From Octopus vulgaris (lineage: Eukaryota): a stretch of DNA of 64,000 bases. The position numbers were made by a program, and so were the translations under genes. The notes under the pieces are model-generated. The model did not search any database. It worked only from the letters and a program-made list of their open reading frames with translations, and was not told where the DNA came from. Positions 13,002 through 26,635 of the stretch are shown here, in pieces. Position 1 is the stretch's first letter. Every line of letters begins with the position of its first letter. The stretch covers positions 34,410,001 to 34,474,000 of the forward strand of contig OX597821.1 of assembly GCA_951406725.2 (NCBI GenBank). Direction: 5' to 3'.

Positions 13002-13380
13002 ACTCGATTCCGTTGGTCACGAATGACCATGGGTGCACCTAAGAGGTTCCCCTCCGGGGTACAAGTCTGGGTGGAAAGTTGCCTCACTGACAAACGCACA
13101 GCCTAGGGTTGCTTTTATGGAAGACCAGCAGTCGCCCATGCATACCGGCTTCCCCTCTCCACGCCACCGATGTTATCCAAGGGAAAGGCAAAGGCTGATA
13201 TAGCTTGGCACCAGTAACATCACAACTCATTTCTACAGCTGAGTGAACTGGAGCAATGTGAAATAAAGTGTCTTGCTCAAGAACACAACATGCAGCTCGG
13301 TCTGGGAATTGAACTCACAACTTTACGATTGTAAGCTCGATGTTCTAACCACTGAGTCATGCGTCTTCACATATTTTTTC
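13002..13380 (-). mobile_element. tRNA-derived SINE family B3
   Basis: Head GTGAAGACGCATGACTCAGTGGTTAG; flanking direct repeat ATTACATGGGTAACA. Confidence 0.88.
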
Positions 13381-13518
13381 ATTACATGGGTAACATCTTT
13401 TTTTAACCATTTTGATACATATACACTTTAAACTACTTCTGGTTCTCATAAAAATGTCTCGATTTTAGTTAAATCCTGGCGAGTTTAAATGCTAAAGGGT
13501 TAAAATACTATTTTAAAT

Positions 13519-13720
13519 CCTCAATTTACTTTTTTTTTGTGCGGATCCTAAAATTCTTATACGGCCCATAAGGGTCCATATAAAATCGTATATGGCCCCT
13601 ATGGGGCCATATAAGATTTTTGGGGGTTCACACAACAAAATAATAAATTGAAGATTCTCAACTGGTGATCCTTAAGGGGCCAGATATGGCCCTTTAGGGA
13701 TCCCTGGTTGAGAACCACTG
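13519..13720. mobile_element. hAT (Charlie-type) MITE remnant with internal imperfect palindrome
   Basis: Terminus GGTTGAGAACCACTG followed by CTCTAG; internal inverted repeat at about 13519-13654. Confidence 0.65.
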
Positions 13721-14321
13721 CTCTAGAAGCTGCTGTAGAAACTGCTGTGTTGGCAAAAGTGCTTTGATGTAGGGGATCCAGTTGAAATTGCTGTTAAGGC
13801 TGCTGTAGAGTGTACTATAATGTAAACACTACTGAAGAGGTTGTCATGCAGTAAGACAGCTAGGCTTCCATACAGGCTTCTCTAGAGATACTGTAGATGT
13901 TGCAGTAGGGGCTTCCATAGAAGTGCCCTTGATGACTGGAGGATGTGAAGGTAGATTGGAGGCATGAAGAGACTCAAGCATAAAATGGTTTCGAAACCAA
14001 AAGCAAACTAACAAACTACACCTCACCTCCACACCCATACTCTGGTCTGATTCTGATCCTTCTCTCTTATGTTCCTTCTCCTGTTCCTTATCTTGGGGCC
14101 CCAATATCCTCCTGCACCCCCCCCACCGTCTCATGTCTCAACCATCACCAGTTTCCATCTCAGTCAGACAACATGAAATCTCTTAGTTATTAAACAAAAC
14201 AGCCGTGGTCACAGTCCACAGGTTTTGGTTTATTCAATATTGTGTTGTTGTCAGTTGTAATATGTTCGGTGTATCGGAAAATACACAACCGCACTCGCAT
14301 GTTCTCACTCGTACATGCACA

Positions 14322-14663
14322 GCCACCACCACCACCACCACCACCACCACTACCACCCCCACTACCACCACCACCACTACCACCACCCACCACCACCACC
14401 ACCACTACCACCACCACCACCACCACCACCACCATCACCACCACCACCACCATCACTACCACCACCACCACCACCATCACCACTACCACCACCCACCCTC
14501 ACCACCACCACCACCAACACTACGACGACGACCACCACTACCATCACCACTACCACCACCCACCACCACCACCACCACCACCACCACCACCACCACCACC
14601 CACCACCACCACCATCATCACCACCACCACTACTACCACCACCACCACCACCACCACCACCAT
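14322..14663. repeat. (ACC)n microsatellite
   Basis: Direct inspection; explains the poly-P/T/H/G/V ORFs. Confidence 0.97.
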
Positions 14664-15251
14664 TACCTTTACAATCTTTGTCATCATCATTGCTGTTGTC
14701 ATCGGCAGTATTGTTGTCGTTGTCGGCATCATCATCATCATCATCATCAACAGCAGCAGCATTTCTTTCCTGTCTCAGTTTTTTGTTATCATTATATTTC
14801 ATATAATCAATCGTCTTTACTTCCTTAACCACACTTGTGTACACTTGCATGTATGCTCCCTCTCCCTCTCTCTCTCTTTTTATCACACACACACATACAT
14901 ACATGGACATCCATACACATGCTTTTCTCTCTGTCTGTTTTTCTCTCTTTATGTCTGCTTTTCTCTCTTTATCTACCTCTCTCTCTCTCTGTATGTATGC
15001 ACATACACATCAAGGCAGTGCTCCAGCATGACTGAGACGAGTAAAAGAAAGCCATACTTGCAGTAGTTGCTAGTGAGACTATAAGTCCAGTTTCACTCAC
15101 AAGTCTTGAGTTAACCCAGAGTAAGTGCAGAAAACACTAACTTTAATGGGCAATGCATTGGAACCAAACTAGTAGCAATGGGATTGCCTGAGTACAACTA
15201 AATATCTGCAAAGCATTTTGTTTAGTGCAGAATAGATCTGAATTATAGGTA

Positions 15252-15773
15252 CCGAAAATCCTCGAGTATAACCTGCATTTTTTTCCCCAAATTTAAAGGT
15301 CAAAATCCCTAGTGCATACTATATACGAGGTTAAAAATGAAAAATATTTTCTAAGCAATGTCCGAGTCTCTATTTGCTGTCCGGCAATGTTTATTCAGAC
15401 GTATTTTGTGATGTCGGGCGTGAAAATACCTTAAGCTAAGCCTGAAAGCGATGAAGTCATAAAAGAATCATTCATAACTTGCAGTAAGCAACATTTATTA
15501 AAATAAAAGTATTCAGAACACAGAATAACATGTAACAAAAACAATTTGCAAACATATTTACATTCCCATATAATAGTTAAGAACACCACCATTATTGTAT
15601 TACGCACGTGCGGAAGCATTTGTTCAACTAGGTGCTGCTGACTTAATTACACACGACTCAAGTTAGAGAAGGGGTGCATATTATACACAAGGTTTAGGCT
15701 TTTTAGAGGTACATCCCCCTAAAAATCCCCTGCGTATTATACTCAAGGGCGGATTATACTCGAGGATTTATGG
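15252..15773. mobile_element. pogo/Tigger-like MITE
   Basis: TA flanks; TIR CCGAAAATCCTCGAGTATAA / TTATACTCGAGGATTTATGG. Confidence 0.8.
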
Positions 15774-15824
15774 TACTAGGCTACAAACTTATGGAAAGGG
15801 AACAGTCAACTATCAGATAACTGG

Positions 15825-16050
15825 TATTGGGAAGGCATCCAGCCATAAAAACCATGCTAAAACAGACCTTGCCAGTGCTGGTGCCACATCAAAAAGCACT
15901 CAGTTCAATCTGTTAGGAGGCTGGCATTAGGAAGGGTGTCCAGCTTTAGAAACCATGTCAAAACAAACGATGAAGGCTGGTGCAGTCTTTTGGCTTGCCA
16001 GCTATCATCAAACTGTCCATCCTCTGCCAGCATAGAAGATGGATGTTAAG

Positions 16051-16080
<30 letters not shown>
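15825..16080 (+). mobile_element. RTE-tail element (family D), diverged
   Basis: GGAAGGGTGTCCAGC...GGATGTTAAG(TGA)n. Confidence 0.75.
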
Positions 16081-16082
<2 letters not shown>

Positions 16083-16581
16083 CCATCTGTGAATTGCATA
16101 AAGGTTACAAAATACTCACCTTCTTACTCTATAATTTGGTGCATAAGTAGTTTTATTAACCAATCAATGCAATTATTCGTTGTTGAAGCTACTGAAGGGG
16201 TCATTTGCTTTTTATCTCTGTATATGTGTTTGTGTGTGTGTGTTTGTGTGTGTGTGTTTGTGTGTGATGTATGAGTGGGTGGATGTATGGGTGGATGTAT
16301 GGGTGTGTATGCCAAAGAGAAAGAAGTGATTTGATGAAGAGATTATCTTTCCGATTGATACTGGAATATAGGTTTTGTTTATATATACACTCACCACTGT
16401 GTGGGTGTATATGAGACCATTGAAGCACATCTACATTGAGTGAAAAAGCGTGTGGGTGTGTGTGTTGGGGTGGTGAAGAAAAGATGAGATGATGAAATGT
16501 TTGACTTCAGAGAGTCACATCTGTTTCTGTATGGATAGAGGAGAGTGGTTGGTAGGGAAAGTTGTGATTTAATGTTCAAAT

Positions 16582-16623
<42 letters not shown>

Positions 16624-16689
16624 GGAGAGGGCTAAGAGAAGAGAGAGAGAAAGTTATTGAGATCTTTGGCTTCAGAAATGATTAGAGAT

Positions 16690-16800
<111 letters not shown>

Positions 16801-16988
16801 CACATACATATATATACATATATATATAATGTGTGTGTGCGTGTGAAAGAAGAGAGAATATGATTAATGTGTATATATAGAGAGAGTGAGGAAGATGAGG
16901 GAGATAAGATGATTTTTTTGATTTCAAAGACTGCAGTAGTAGAGTTGAAGGAAGAGACAGGAAGATACCAAGATAGAGTATTTGTTTT

Positions 16989-17040
<52 letters not shown>

Positions 17041-17410
17041 CGTGTATGAAGGAGAGAGGGAAATAGCCGGATGCAGAGATACACAGATAGAAGTTAAATT
17101 TTTTTTTTACTTTAAAATGACGCCTGTATCACTTTGTGGGAAGGAAGAAAAGCAGAGAAAGATATTTGATAAGAAGGAAGGAAGAAAATAAGGATAGAAG
17201 GAGAGAGATTTATAATTAATGAAGGACGAAAGGGGTACAGAAAGGGAGACAAAAGGGATTCATTGACAAAGTTTTCCATATGTATTTAATGACATCAGTG
17301 ACGTTATTAGAACTGTACCCTTCATTTCAATTCATATCTACATGTTTACAAGTCAATGATATACACTTCTGTGGACTGTTGTTCTGTTGGCAATGTCTAT
17401 TAGCAATTAT

Positions 17411-17822
17411 GGATCTTTTCGGTTTGAACGGCAGTTTTTTCTAGCGGTGTCATATGAAATTGTCACCCATAATTATGACCCTAGTATCGATCTATTGCAT
17501 TTCAATCTGTTTTAGGGTTAGGGGTGAGGAGAAGGGTGTCTTTTTTTCTTCACAAATGTAAATAAACCCAATCTGTTTCTTACATGAGGGACATATTCAT
17601 ATGGCACAGAATGTTTTTTACCTCAATAGACGTCAGTGATTGGTTGAAATTGCAGAAATTGAAGAAGAAAAAACAACAACTATCTTACAAACTATAGAAT
17701 TTTCTCAATAAAGCCAAGAGAAAAAGATGTTTTATAAACACATTCTACTAGTATATGAAGTTTAAAATGTTTTAGTTACCTAGAAATTATGTTAAAAACT
17801 GCCATTCAAACCGAAAAGATCC
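17411..17822. mobile_element. MITE with 8-bp TSD and GG-start TIRs (Merlin-like)
   Basis: TIR GGATCTTTTCGGTTTGAACGGCAGTTTTT; perfect TSD GCAATTAT at 17403-17410 and 17823-17830. Confidence 0.85.
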
Positions 17823-17907
17823 GCAATTATATACACATTAGTTACTGAATCATGTCATGCTTTTTTCTTTGTCTCCAATCAATGCTATAATATCTAATAT
17901 ATACCAA

Positions 17908-18640
17908 TCATCATCATTATCATCTTTAAGCCATTTTATCCATGTTTGCATTGATCCCACTAACAAACATTCCTCCTCTTGTTACATTCGTTTGTCATCT
18001 TCTCTGTGACTTTCAGTATCTTGAGATCCATTTTTACCTTTTCTGCCCATGTCTTCCTTGGTCTTCATCTTCTGCTTGTTCTTCTACATGGAACTCCAGG
18101 TACTTCTTACTCTTCGGTCATCCTCCATATGCATTAAATATCCATGCAAAAATTGTCGTCTCTCTTACCCACTAAAACTACTGCATTTTAGCATGTATAA
18201 GGAACCCTTTTTTGTCAAAAAATTAGGTTAGAAAAATATGGGAGTTTCTTATACATGGATAGTATTATAATCCCTTACAAAACCTTTTTTACAAATTTTA
18301 AGCGCCAAAAATTCAGAAGTTCCCCATACACAAGGATTCCTTATACATGTTAAAATACTGTAATTTTGCTTATATTCAGTTTGGTTTTTTTTTCCTCTCT
18401 TTTTATCTATGCTTCATTGCTTATGTACACTAGCATTACACAGCTGGCAGATCATGCTTGCTTTCCAATCTTTGCACATAATCTGCATCCGGTGCCTATG
18501 TTTCACTGCCTTACAGCATCACAGTTTGTATACAAACATCATACAATCTATTCACTGCTTGGTAAAAGAATCTCCTGGCTGTCAACGAAAATTAGCTCTC
18601 TGAACTTTTCCCGCCTTTTCCTAATCCTGGTTACATGCTT
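17908..18640 (-). pseudogene. Old RTE LINE 3' fragment interrupted by a MITE
   Basis: Translations ...VML*GSET*... and RPRKTWAEKV (RTE YGSETW and GRPRKTW motifs); ends in a (GAT)n tail. Confidence 0.65.
18181..18360. mobile_element. pogo/Tigger-like MITE
   Basis: TA flanks; TIR CTGCATTTTAGCATGTATAAGG / CCTTATACATGTTAAAATACTG. Confidence 0.7.
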
Positions 18641-18655
18641 TTACTAGGTGAATAA

Positions 18656-18993
18656 CTCTTTACTCTTTTACTTGTTTCAGTCATTTGACTGCGGCCATCC
18701 TGGAGCACCGCCTTTAGTCGAGCAAATCGACCCCGGGACTTATTCTTTGTAAGCCCAGTACTTATTCTATCGGTCTCTTTTTGCCGAACCGCTAAGTGAT
18801 GGGGACGTAAGCACACCAGCATCGGTTGTCAAGCGATGTTGGAGGGACAAACACAGACACACAAACACACACACACATATATATATATATACATATATAC
18901 GACAGGCTTCTTTCAGTTTCCGTCTACCAAATCCACTCACAAGGCATTGGTCGGCCCGGGGCTATAGCAGAAGACACTTGCCCAAAATGCCAC
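18656..18993 (-). mobile_element. SINE family A (lacks tRNA head)
   Basis: High identity to 55882-56290. Confidence 0.9.
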
Positions 18994-19704
18994 GTTATTT
19001 TTTATTAAACATAACTACTCCTGGAACTTTTTGATACTACCTTATAGAAGCCCTTCTCTGCTGCTTATTAGCTCGTCTAGGTGACAGAAACTATCAACTA
19101 TTTACGTGGAGCATTCCCAGCCTTTGCAAGGATTTATTTTATTGGCACTCTGATTACTAGTTACTCTTGCACATCTACAAGCGGGCACAGTCTTTAATCA
19201 CTGCCAACCTGCTTTTGATTCCACTACACCTCTTCTGAACCCATGGATTTCATTGGGTACCCAATATGGAACTTCTTTCTGCTCCCTTTGGCAAAATTTA
19301 ATAGATCTGTGTCTCTTTACAATCTGCATTCAAATCCTGCCTAGGCTAACTTTGCTGATTACAGTTAAATTCACCACCATCAATTCACTGCAGGGAAAGA
19401 TCACCAACATCAATTCACCATGAAGAAAGTTGTTATTTAGCACTTGGTTAGTCCTGATCGAGTAGACCTATAATCAAAGACATTCCAGTGGTGACTGCCC
19501 AGTTTCAATATTTCTTTTTTTGTTCTGTACTGGGAATCCTGACCCATATTCAATGTGTGTGTGTGTATGTATGTGTGTGTGTATAAGAGAGAGAGAGAGA
19601 GAGTGTGAAAGTCTTTGTGTTCATGTGTATGTTTGTATATGAGTATCTGTGTTATGTAAATATTTATATGAAAGTCTTAGTGTTTATGTAGTAAAGGTGT
19701 ATGA

Positions 19705-20010
19705 CTTTGTGGTTAGGGCATTTGGCTCCCTATCATAAGGTTGAGTTTGAAACGGGGCAGAGCATTGTGTCCTTAAGCAAGACATTTCATTTCACATTGC
19801 TCCAGTCCACTCTGTGGGCAAAAATAAATAGTGCCTGTATTTCAAAGGGCCAGCCTTGTCACATTGTGTCATGCTGAATATCTCTGAGAACTAGGTTAGA
19901 GGTTTGCGTGTCTGTGGAGTACTCAGCCACTTGCACATAAATTTCACAAACAAGCTGTTCCATTGATCAGATCAACTATACACCTTGTCATCGTAACTGA
20001 CGGAGCGCCA
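19705..20010 (+). mobile_element. Chimeric SINE: B3-type head with type-3 tail
   Basis: Head CCTTAAGCAAGACATTTCATTTCAC as in B3; tail GGGCCAGCCTTGTCAC...GACGGAGCGCCA as in 38541-38925. Confidence 0.75.
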
Positions 20011-20862
20011 GTGTTTATGCGCATGTGCGAATCAGCCGTTTTCCAAATAACACCATACACACACATGCATACATACATACATACAGACAGACACACTTAG
20101 CTATTCCTCGAATGCCAAAGTTTGTTGGCTCATGAGACATCTCTAAAACACACCGCATGCATTGCCTTACAGAACAAGATCAATTAAAAACACAATAAAG
20201 TCAAGCTGATCTACATAAACCGACACAACAAAATCTATTACACAGTGTATGTGTGCACGTATGTGTGTGTGTGTGTGTGTGTGCATTGCATACATGTATG
20301 TATATATATATGTGTGTGTGACTATGTGCATATTTTCAAGTGTGTTTATGCATGCGTTAACCAAATTGATTTCTTCCTTCATCTGAAATGCCCCAAACTG
20401 AAGCTAATAAGATTCCCTTTTGTGGAAAAAAAAAATCCCAGGTCATGTATTATTCACACACACTCAAGAACTTAACTACTCAATGGCAACTGCAACAACA
20501 ATTTATAACAATAGCAACAACAACAATAGCAACAACAAAATTATTCCCTGTTTGATTGATTTATCTGTTTTATGTTTGCTTTTTTGCTATTTATATTTGT
20601 GTTTATGCATTTGTTTTATTTATATTATTCTCATTTTTTTATATATACATGGCTGTTTTGTGCATATATCCACCGTGTTTATACAGCTGTCATGTTTATA
20701 CAACTGTATATCTGTTATGTTTACATATCTGTCATGTTTAGACATCATTTTATTATACATCCTTCTTGTTTATACATCTCTCCTTTTAATACGCCTATCT
20801 TGTTTAGAGATTTGTCTCTTCTATACATCTATCTCATACATTTATCTCATTTGTTTTGTTTA

Positions 20863-20899
<37 letters not shown>

Positions 20900-20903
<4 letters not shown>

Positions 20904-22210
20904 TCATCATCTTCATCATTATCACCATCATCATTTAATATCCGCTTTCCATGATGGTATGGGTAAGAGGGTTTGACTGGAACTGGTAAGCCAGGAGTAT
21001 AATGGGTTCTTTTTGTGTGCCACCAGCATGGGTGCCATTTTCATGACACCAGTAATAGCCACAATTATGATTTCATGGGTGCCATTTACATCACACTGCT
21101 AACAGCCATGACTACAATTTCACTTGGCTTGATGTCTTGTCTGTTGTGGAGGCACGTGGCTTAGTGGTTAGGGCGTCAGCATCATGATCGTAAGATTGTG
21201 GTTTCGATTCCTGGACCGGGTGACGTGTTGTGTTCTTGAGCAAAACACTTCATTTCATGTTGCTCCAGTCCACTCAGCTGGCAAAAATGAGTAACGCTGC
21301 GATGGACTGGCGTCCTGTCCATCTGGGGAACACATACGCCATTGAAACCGGTAAACCGAGCCTATGAGCCTGGCTAGGCTTTAAAAGGGTGCATTTATTA
21401 TTTGTGGAGGCACATGGCCTAGTGGCTAGAGCAGCGGACTCGTGGTCAAGGGATCGCGGGTTCAAATCTCAGACCGGGCGATGTGTGTGTTTATGAGCGA
21501 AACGCCTAAGCTCCACGTGGCTCCGGCAGAAGGTAATGGCGAACTTCTGCTGACTCTTTCACCGCAACTTTCTCTCACTCTTTCCTCCTGCATCTTGCAG
21601 CTCACCTACGATAGACTGGCGTCCAGTCCAGGTGGGGAACCTATGTGCCAAGAAACCGGGAAAGCGGCCCTTATGAGCCAGGCATGGTTCGAGAAGGAAC
21701 AAACAAACAAAAAAGGCCATTGTCTCTGTGATGCCCAACATTATTCATAGATCATGCTACTGGCAACGGCCATGATTACGGTTTCATGGGTGCTGGTCAC
21801 ATGACACTGGCAACAGCCACAACTATGACTTCACCTGACTTGCCGAGTCTTCTCATACACAACATATCACCAAAGATTTTGGGCACTTATCATCACCTCT
21901 GTTAGGCTCAACATTCAAAGATCATGCTTCACCACCTCACCCCATGTCCTCCTGGGTCTACCTCTTCCACAGGTTCCCTCTACAGTTAGAGATTGGCACT
22001 TCTTTACACAACTGTCCTCGTCCATATGCATCACATGACTATACCAGCACATTCATCTCTCTTGCACACCAGATGCCTCTTATGCCCATTTTCGTCTCAC
22101 AACATCTACACACTGACATTGCACATCCAGTGAAGCATATTGGCTCTATTTCTTTCAAGCCTTTGCACATCCTCCGCGATCACAGTCCATGTTTCACTGC
22201 TGTGGAATAT
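20900..22210 (-). mobile_element. RTE LINE 3' portion (ORF C-terminus, 3' UTR, family D tail), split by a SINE dimer
   Basis: 21880-22210 translates ...MHMDEDSCVKKCQSLTVEGTCGRGRPRRTWGEVV (RTE C-terminus); the UTR continues to a (GAT)n tail at about 20900-20940. Confidence 0.75.
21147..21710 (+). mobile_element. Head-to-tail dimer of two tRNA-derived SINEs (21147-21400 and 21403-21710)
   Basis: Two GTGGAGGCAC...TAGTGG heads; the second copy matches 8206-8505. Confidence 0.88.
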
Positions 22211-22526
22211 GGCTATTTACACACAAATATCACGCAATCATGCATTGTTGTATTTAAGCAGCTTTTGGCTATATATCCATCTTCTGTAGACTACTGTTTT
22301 GTTTATACATCCATCCCATTAATACATTTGACTTTGTACGTTTGTCTTGTTTATACGTTTTTTTACACTCTGTGTCACGCTGAATCTCCCCGAGAACTAC
22401 GTTAAGGGTACATGTGTCTGTGGAGTGCTCAGTCACTTGCCCATTAATTTCGCGAGCAGGCTGTTCTGTTGATTGGGTCAACTGGAATCCTCGTCGTCAT
22501 AACTGACGGCATGCTATGATATATAT

Positions 22527-22837
22527 CACCGAGATCACCGTGACAGACCAGGCTATCAGATATTGCTACACATCACTGGTCACAATGCGCTTCGCATTGT
22601 TTTATCCTTCAAATGATGCCACGCTGCTGGCTAAGTGAGCTGGCCAACAGAAGAAAGAGTGAGAGAAAGTAGTGGCGAAAGAGTACAGCAGGGACCGCCT
22701 CCACCCCCTACCGGAGCCTCGTGGAGCTTTAGGTGTTTTCACTCAATAAACACTCACATCGCCCGGTCTGGGAAACAAAACCGTGATCCTACGTCTGCAA
22801 GTCCGCTGCCCTAACCACTGGGCCATTGCGCCTCCAC
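22527..22837 (-). mobile_element. SINE family B, tail type 2
   Basis: Same as 62533-62846; TSD ATGATATATAT. Confidence 0.9.
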
Positions 22838-23210
22838 ATGATATATATATGTATAAAAAATAGGAAGACGGTAAAGAAAATCCTTAAACACATCTTTAAT
22901 GATTTGTTCCAATTGTTTCTGTTCCAATTCTATTTGCGATGCCTGCCCACGCATTCCAAGGTCACAGAGCAGACCCACCAGCTGGGAGGCGAATACATAT
23001 CCTACTGTATGTGTGTATTCTTTAGTAATGAAGTGTATGTAGATATATATGTATGTATGTGTGTTGAGAATGAAATTTTAGCGATAGATAATGCTTTACC
23101 CTTCCAAATAAGATAGAAGACAAACACACACACACACGAACACGCACACACACACATACACACACACAAACATACACACAAACATACACAAACACACACA
23201 CACACACACA

Positions 23211-23271
23211 CTCACATGTACATATGTTCATATGTATATCACACATAGGTTTATATAAATTCATTCATATA

Positions 23272-23302
<31 letters not shown>

Positions 23303-23487
23303 CACACACATACACACACACTCTCACATGTACATATGTTCATATGTATATCACACATAGGTTTATATAAATTCATTCATATAACACACACACACACTCA
23401 GACACACACAGACACACAGACACACACACTCACGTGCATATGTTCAGATGTATATCACACATAGGTTTATATAAATTCATTCATATA

Positions 23488-23518
<31 letters not shown>

Positions 23519-23588
23519 CACACACACACTCACATGTACATATGTTCATATGTATATCACACATAGGTTTATATAAATTCATTCATAT

Positions 23589-23630
<42 letters not shown>

Positions 23631-23688
23631 CACATGTACATATGTTCATATGTATATCACACATAGGTTTATATAAATTCATTCATAT

Positions 23689-23729
<41 letters not shown>

Positions 23730-23790
23730 GTGCATATGTTCATATGTATATCACACATAGGTTTATATAAATTCATTCATATATAACACA

Positions 23791-23821
<31 letters not shown>

Positions 23822-23880
23822 TCACGTGCATATGTTCATATGTATATCACATAGGTTTATATAAATTCATTCATATATAA
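23211..23880. repeat. Array of seven approximately 62-bp constant units separated by variable (CA)n tracts
   Basis: Unit CTCACATGTACATATGTTCATATGTATATCACACATAGGTTTATATAAATTCATTCATATAA at about 23211, 23323, 23429, 23529, 23629, 23725 and 23821. Confidence 0.95.
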
Positions 23881-23925
23881 CACACACACTCACACACATA
23901 CATGCACACACACACACACATACAT

Positions 23926-23961
<36 letters not shown>

Positions 23962-24357
23962 TCTCTTTATGCAAAAGCCAACCAACAATGAAAGGATTTA
24001 TTTGTAAAAAAAAAAAAACCCATCCTAATTTGTTATATTTTATTGAAATATTTTATAACATTTATCAGGACTTATCTTCATACCCTCTTCCTATGTGCAT
24101 TCCGGTTACTTCCCCTCTCCACCCTGTCCATTCCACACTCTATTTTATAGAATCTATAATGTTTTTAGAAAAAAAGGTAAGGGAATCAATTATAGGAAAA
24201 CAATAGGTTCTAATAAATATTTCCACATGCGTTATTATTTTGCAGTTACTGCCATATCTTTCCCATTTAAATATCTATACACGTATGTGTGTGAGTGTGC
24301 ACATGCACAAGCACGTGTGTATGTGCGTGTGTATGTGTGTGTCTGTGTAAAGAAACA

Positions 24358-24407
<50 letters not shown>

Positions 24408-24519
24408 TACACATTATATGCAGAAATTTCTTTTGTTACAGATTTATATATTTTTGAGTATCTGTACACATGCAGCAACATATATTTGAACAAATGTACT
24501 CTTTTTCTATTCATATATA

Positions 24520-24587
<68 letters not shown>

Positions 24588-24607
24588 CACACACACACAC
24601 ATACATG

Positions 24608-24647
<40 letters not shown>

Positions 24648-24776
24648 AGTGCACATTTATATTTTACAATTTTTATTTATATGTGTGCATGTTTGCGTAT
24701 ACATTGTTTATTAAATTTTTCTATATATCTTTACATTTTAATGTATATGTTGTTTATAAATGAGCACAGAGTAATC

Positions 24777-25257
24777 CTCCATGTGTGTTTGTGTCTTCAT
24801 GTGTGTTTGTGTGTCTCCATGTGTGTTTGTGTCTCCATGTGTGTTTGTGTGTCTCCATGTGTGTTTGTGTCTCCATGTGTGTTGGTGTGTCTCCATGTGT
24901 GTTTGTGTGTCCATGTGTGTTTGTGTGTCTCCAAGTGTTTGTGTGTCTCCATGTGTGTTTGTGTGTCTCCATGTGTGTTTGTGTGTCTCCATGTGTGTTT
25001 GTGTCTCCATGTGTGTTTGTATGTCTCCATGTGTGTTTGTGTCTCCATGTGTGTTTGTGTCTCCATGTGTGTTTGTGTCTCCATGTGTGTTTGTGTGTCT
25101 CCATGTGTGTTTGTGTCTCCATGTGTGTTTGTGTGTCTCCATGTGTGTTTGTGTCTCCATGTGTGTTTGTGTGTCTCCATATGTGTTTGTGTCTCCATGT
25201 GTGTTTGTGTGTCTCCATGTGTGCTTGTGTCTCCATGTGTGCTTGTGTCTCCATGTG
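24777..25257. repeat. 18/20-bp minisatellite CTCCATGTGTGTTTGTGT(GT)
   Basis: Roughly 25 tandem units. Confidence 0.95.
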
Positions 25258-25295
25258 AGTGTCTGTATCTCTCTCTCTCTCACTCTATCTATCTG

Positions 25296-25334
<39 letters not shown>

Positions 25335-26174
25335 CAATATATGTATATGTGTGTATATATATGTGTGTGTGTATGTATGTAGATATGTATGTGTGTGTGT
25401 ATACTTACATAAACACACATACATATAAATTTATTCATATATATATATATATATACACACACAATAAAATATCTGGATGTACAAATAGGAACTAGAGCAA
25501 GATAAATATATGCATGGCAAAAATGAAGAAAATATACCCGATTCTCCTGCAAAAGTATTGTCATGCACAGTGTGTGTATGTGTATGTTTGTGTGTGCATC
25601 ATCATCATTCTCTTCATCATCTTATATATATATATATATACATACAAACATACATACACACACATATTTATATATGTGTATATATACATTTACATATCTA
25701 CACTCACACACACACGTATATATATATATATATATATATACATATGCAGGATCCAATACCTCTACTCCTACATTCCTTAATCTCTATGAAGCAAATTCTT
25801 TTATAGAGCTGGGTTTTTTTCTTTTCTTTTCCCCTCCCACTGTTTACAGGTGTATTTTGCTTTTGTTGTTCTGATTGTTTCCATTTTTCTCTCCTCTTCT
25901 GCTCAATGCCACCGTTGTAACGTTCTCAAATGGATTCCATCTTTTATTGTAAGCTTTTCCAATCTACAATCTAATAAGATTGCAGAAAATCTGCATCGGT
26001 TGAGTATTACTTGAAAGAAAATGGAACTACTTAGGTCACCTGCTATTAAAAATCAAGTGTACTTGTGTGTGTGTGTATAAGCATGGCCACTGTCCAGTGG
26101 CTGAAATGAGTAAGAGGGAAAAAGAGAATAATGTGTATGGGTGTATAAAAAGTGTATGTGTATATATGAGGTGA

Positions 26175-26377
26175 CCCCCTTCGGTCATGAATGACCATGG
26201 GGTTACACCTAGAAAATTACTCTCCGAGGCACAAGTCCGGGCAAGGTTGCTTATGGAAGACCAGTAGCCGCCCATGCATGCCAGCCTCTCCTCTCCATGC
26301 CAGCGATGTTATCCAAGGGAAAGGCAAAGACCAAAACAGCCTGGCACTAGTGATGTTGCAACTCATTTTCACAGCTG
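26175..26377 (-). mobile_element. SINE family B3, 3' part
   Basis: Matches 13002-13380 and 37375-37707. Confidence 0.8.
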
Positions 26378-26483
26378 AGTCAGCGTCGGAATCAGAGTTG
26401 GTGTCGGAGGTGCCAACTAGTACAGGAGTCTGATTCAGAGTCAGAGTCGAAGTTTTTTGTTTCACCTCCACAGACCTGATTCT

Positions 26484-26635
26484 TATGAAGACACATCTGT
26501 GCTAGGCAGGGCATGTCTCCAGAACGGTGGACCATTGCCTGTCAAAGATTGTACCCTATGGAGAATTGTCTTCTGGCTGTTGAAACTGTGGTGCCCCCAA
26601 GAAGCAGCATAAGGATATGCTACAAACGACCCCGA
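26484..26635 (+). pseudogene. RTE (BovB-like) ORF C-terminal fragment
   Basis: Translates LC*AGHVSRTVDHCLSKIVPYGELSSG...GAPKKQHKD, matching the RTE LRWAGHV.RM...RLPK..LYGEL...G.PKKRYKD motif. Confidence 0.7.

Noticed and set aside
14190-15066. Up to 274-aa poly-Pro/Thr/His ORFs
   Set aside because: (ACC)n microsatellite open in all frames; no domain or splice support.
23211-23880. CRISPR-like repeat/spacer appearance
   Set aside because: Spacers are (CA)n microsatellite, repeats are too long, context is eukaryotic and there are no cas genes.
24486-25428. 298-aa Cys/Val-rich ORF
   Set aside because: Translation of the 18/20-bp minisatellite.
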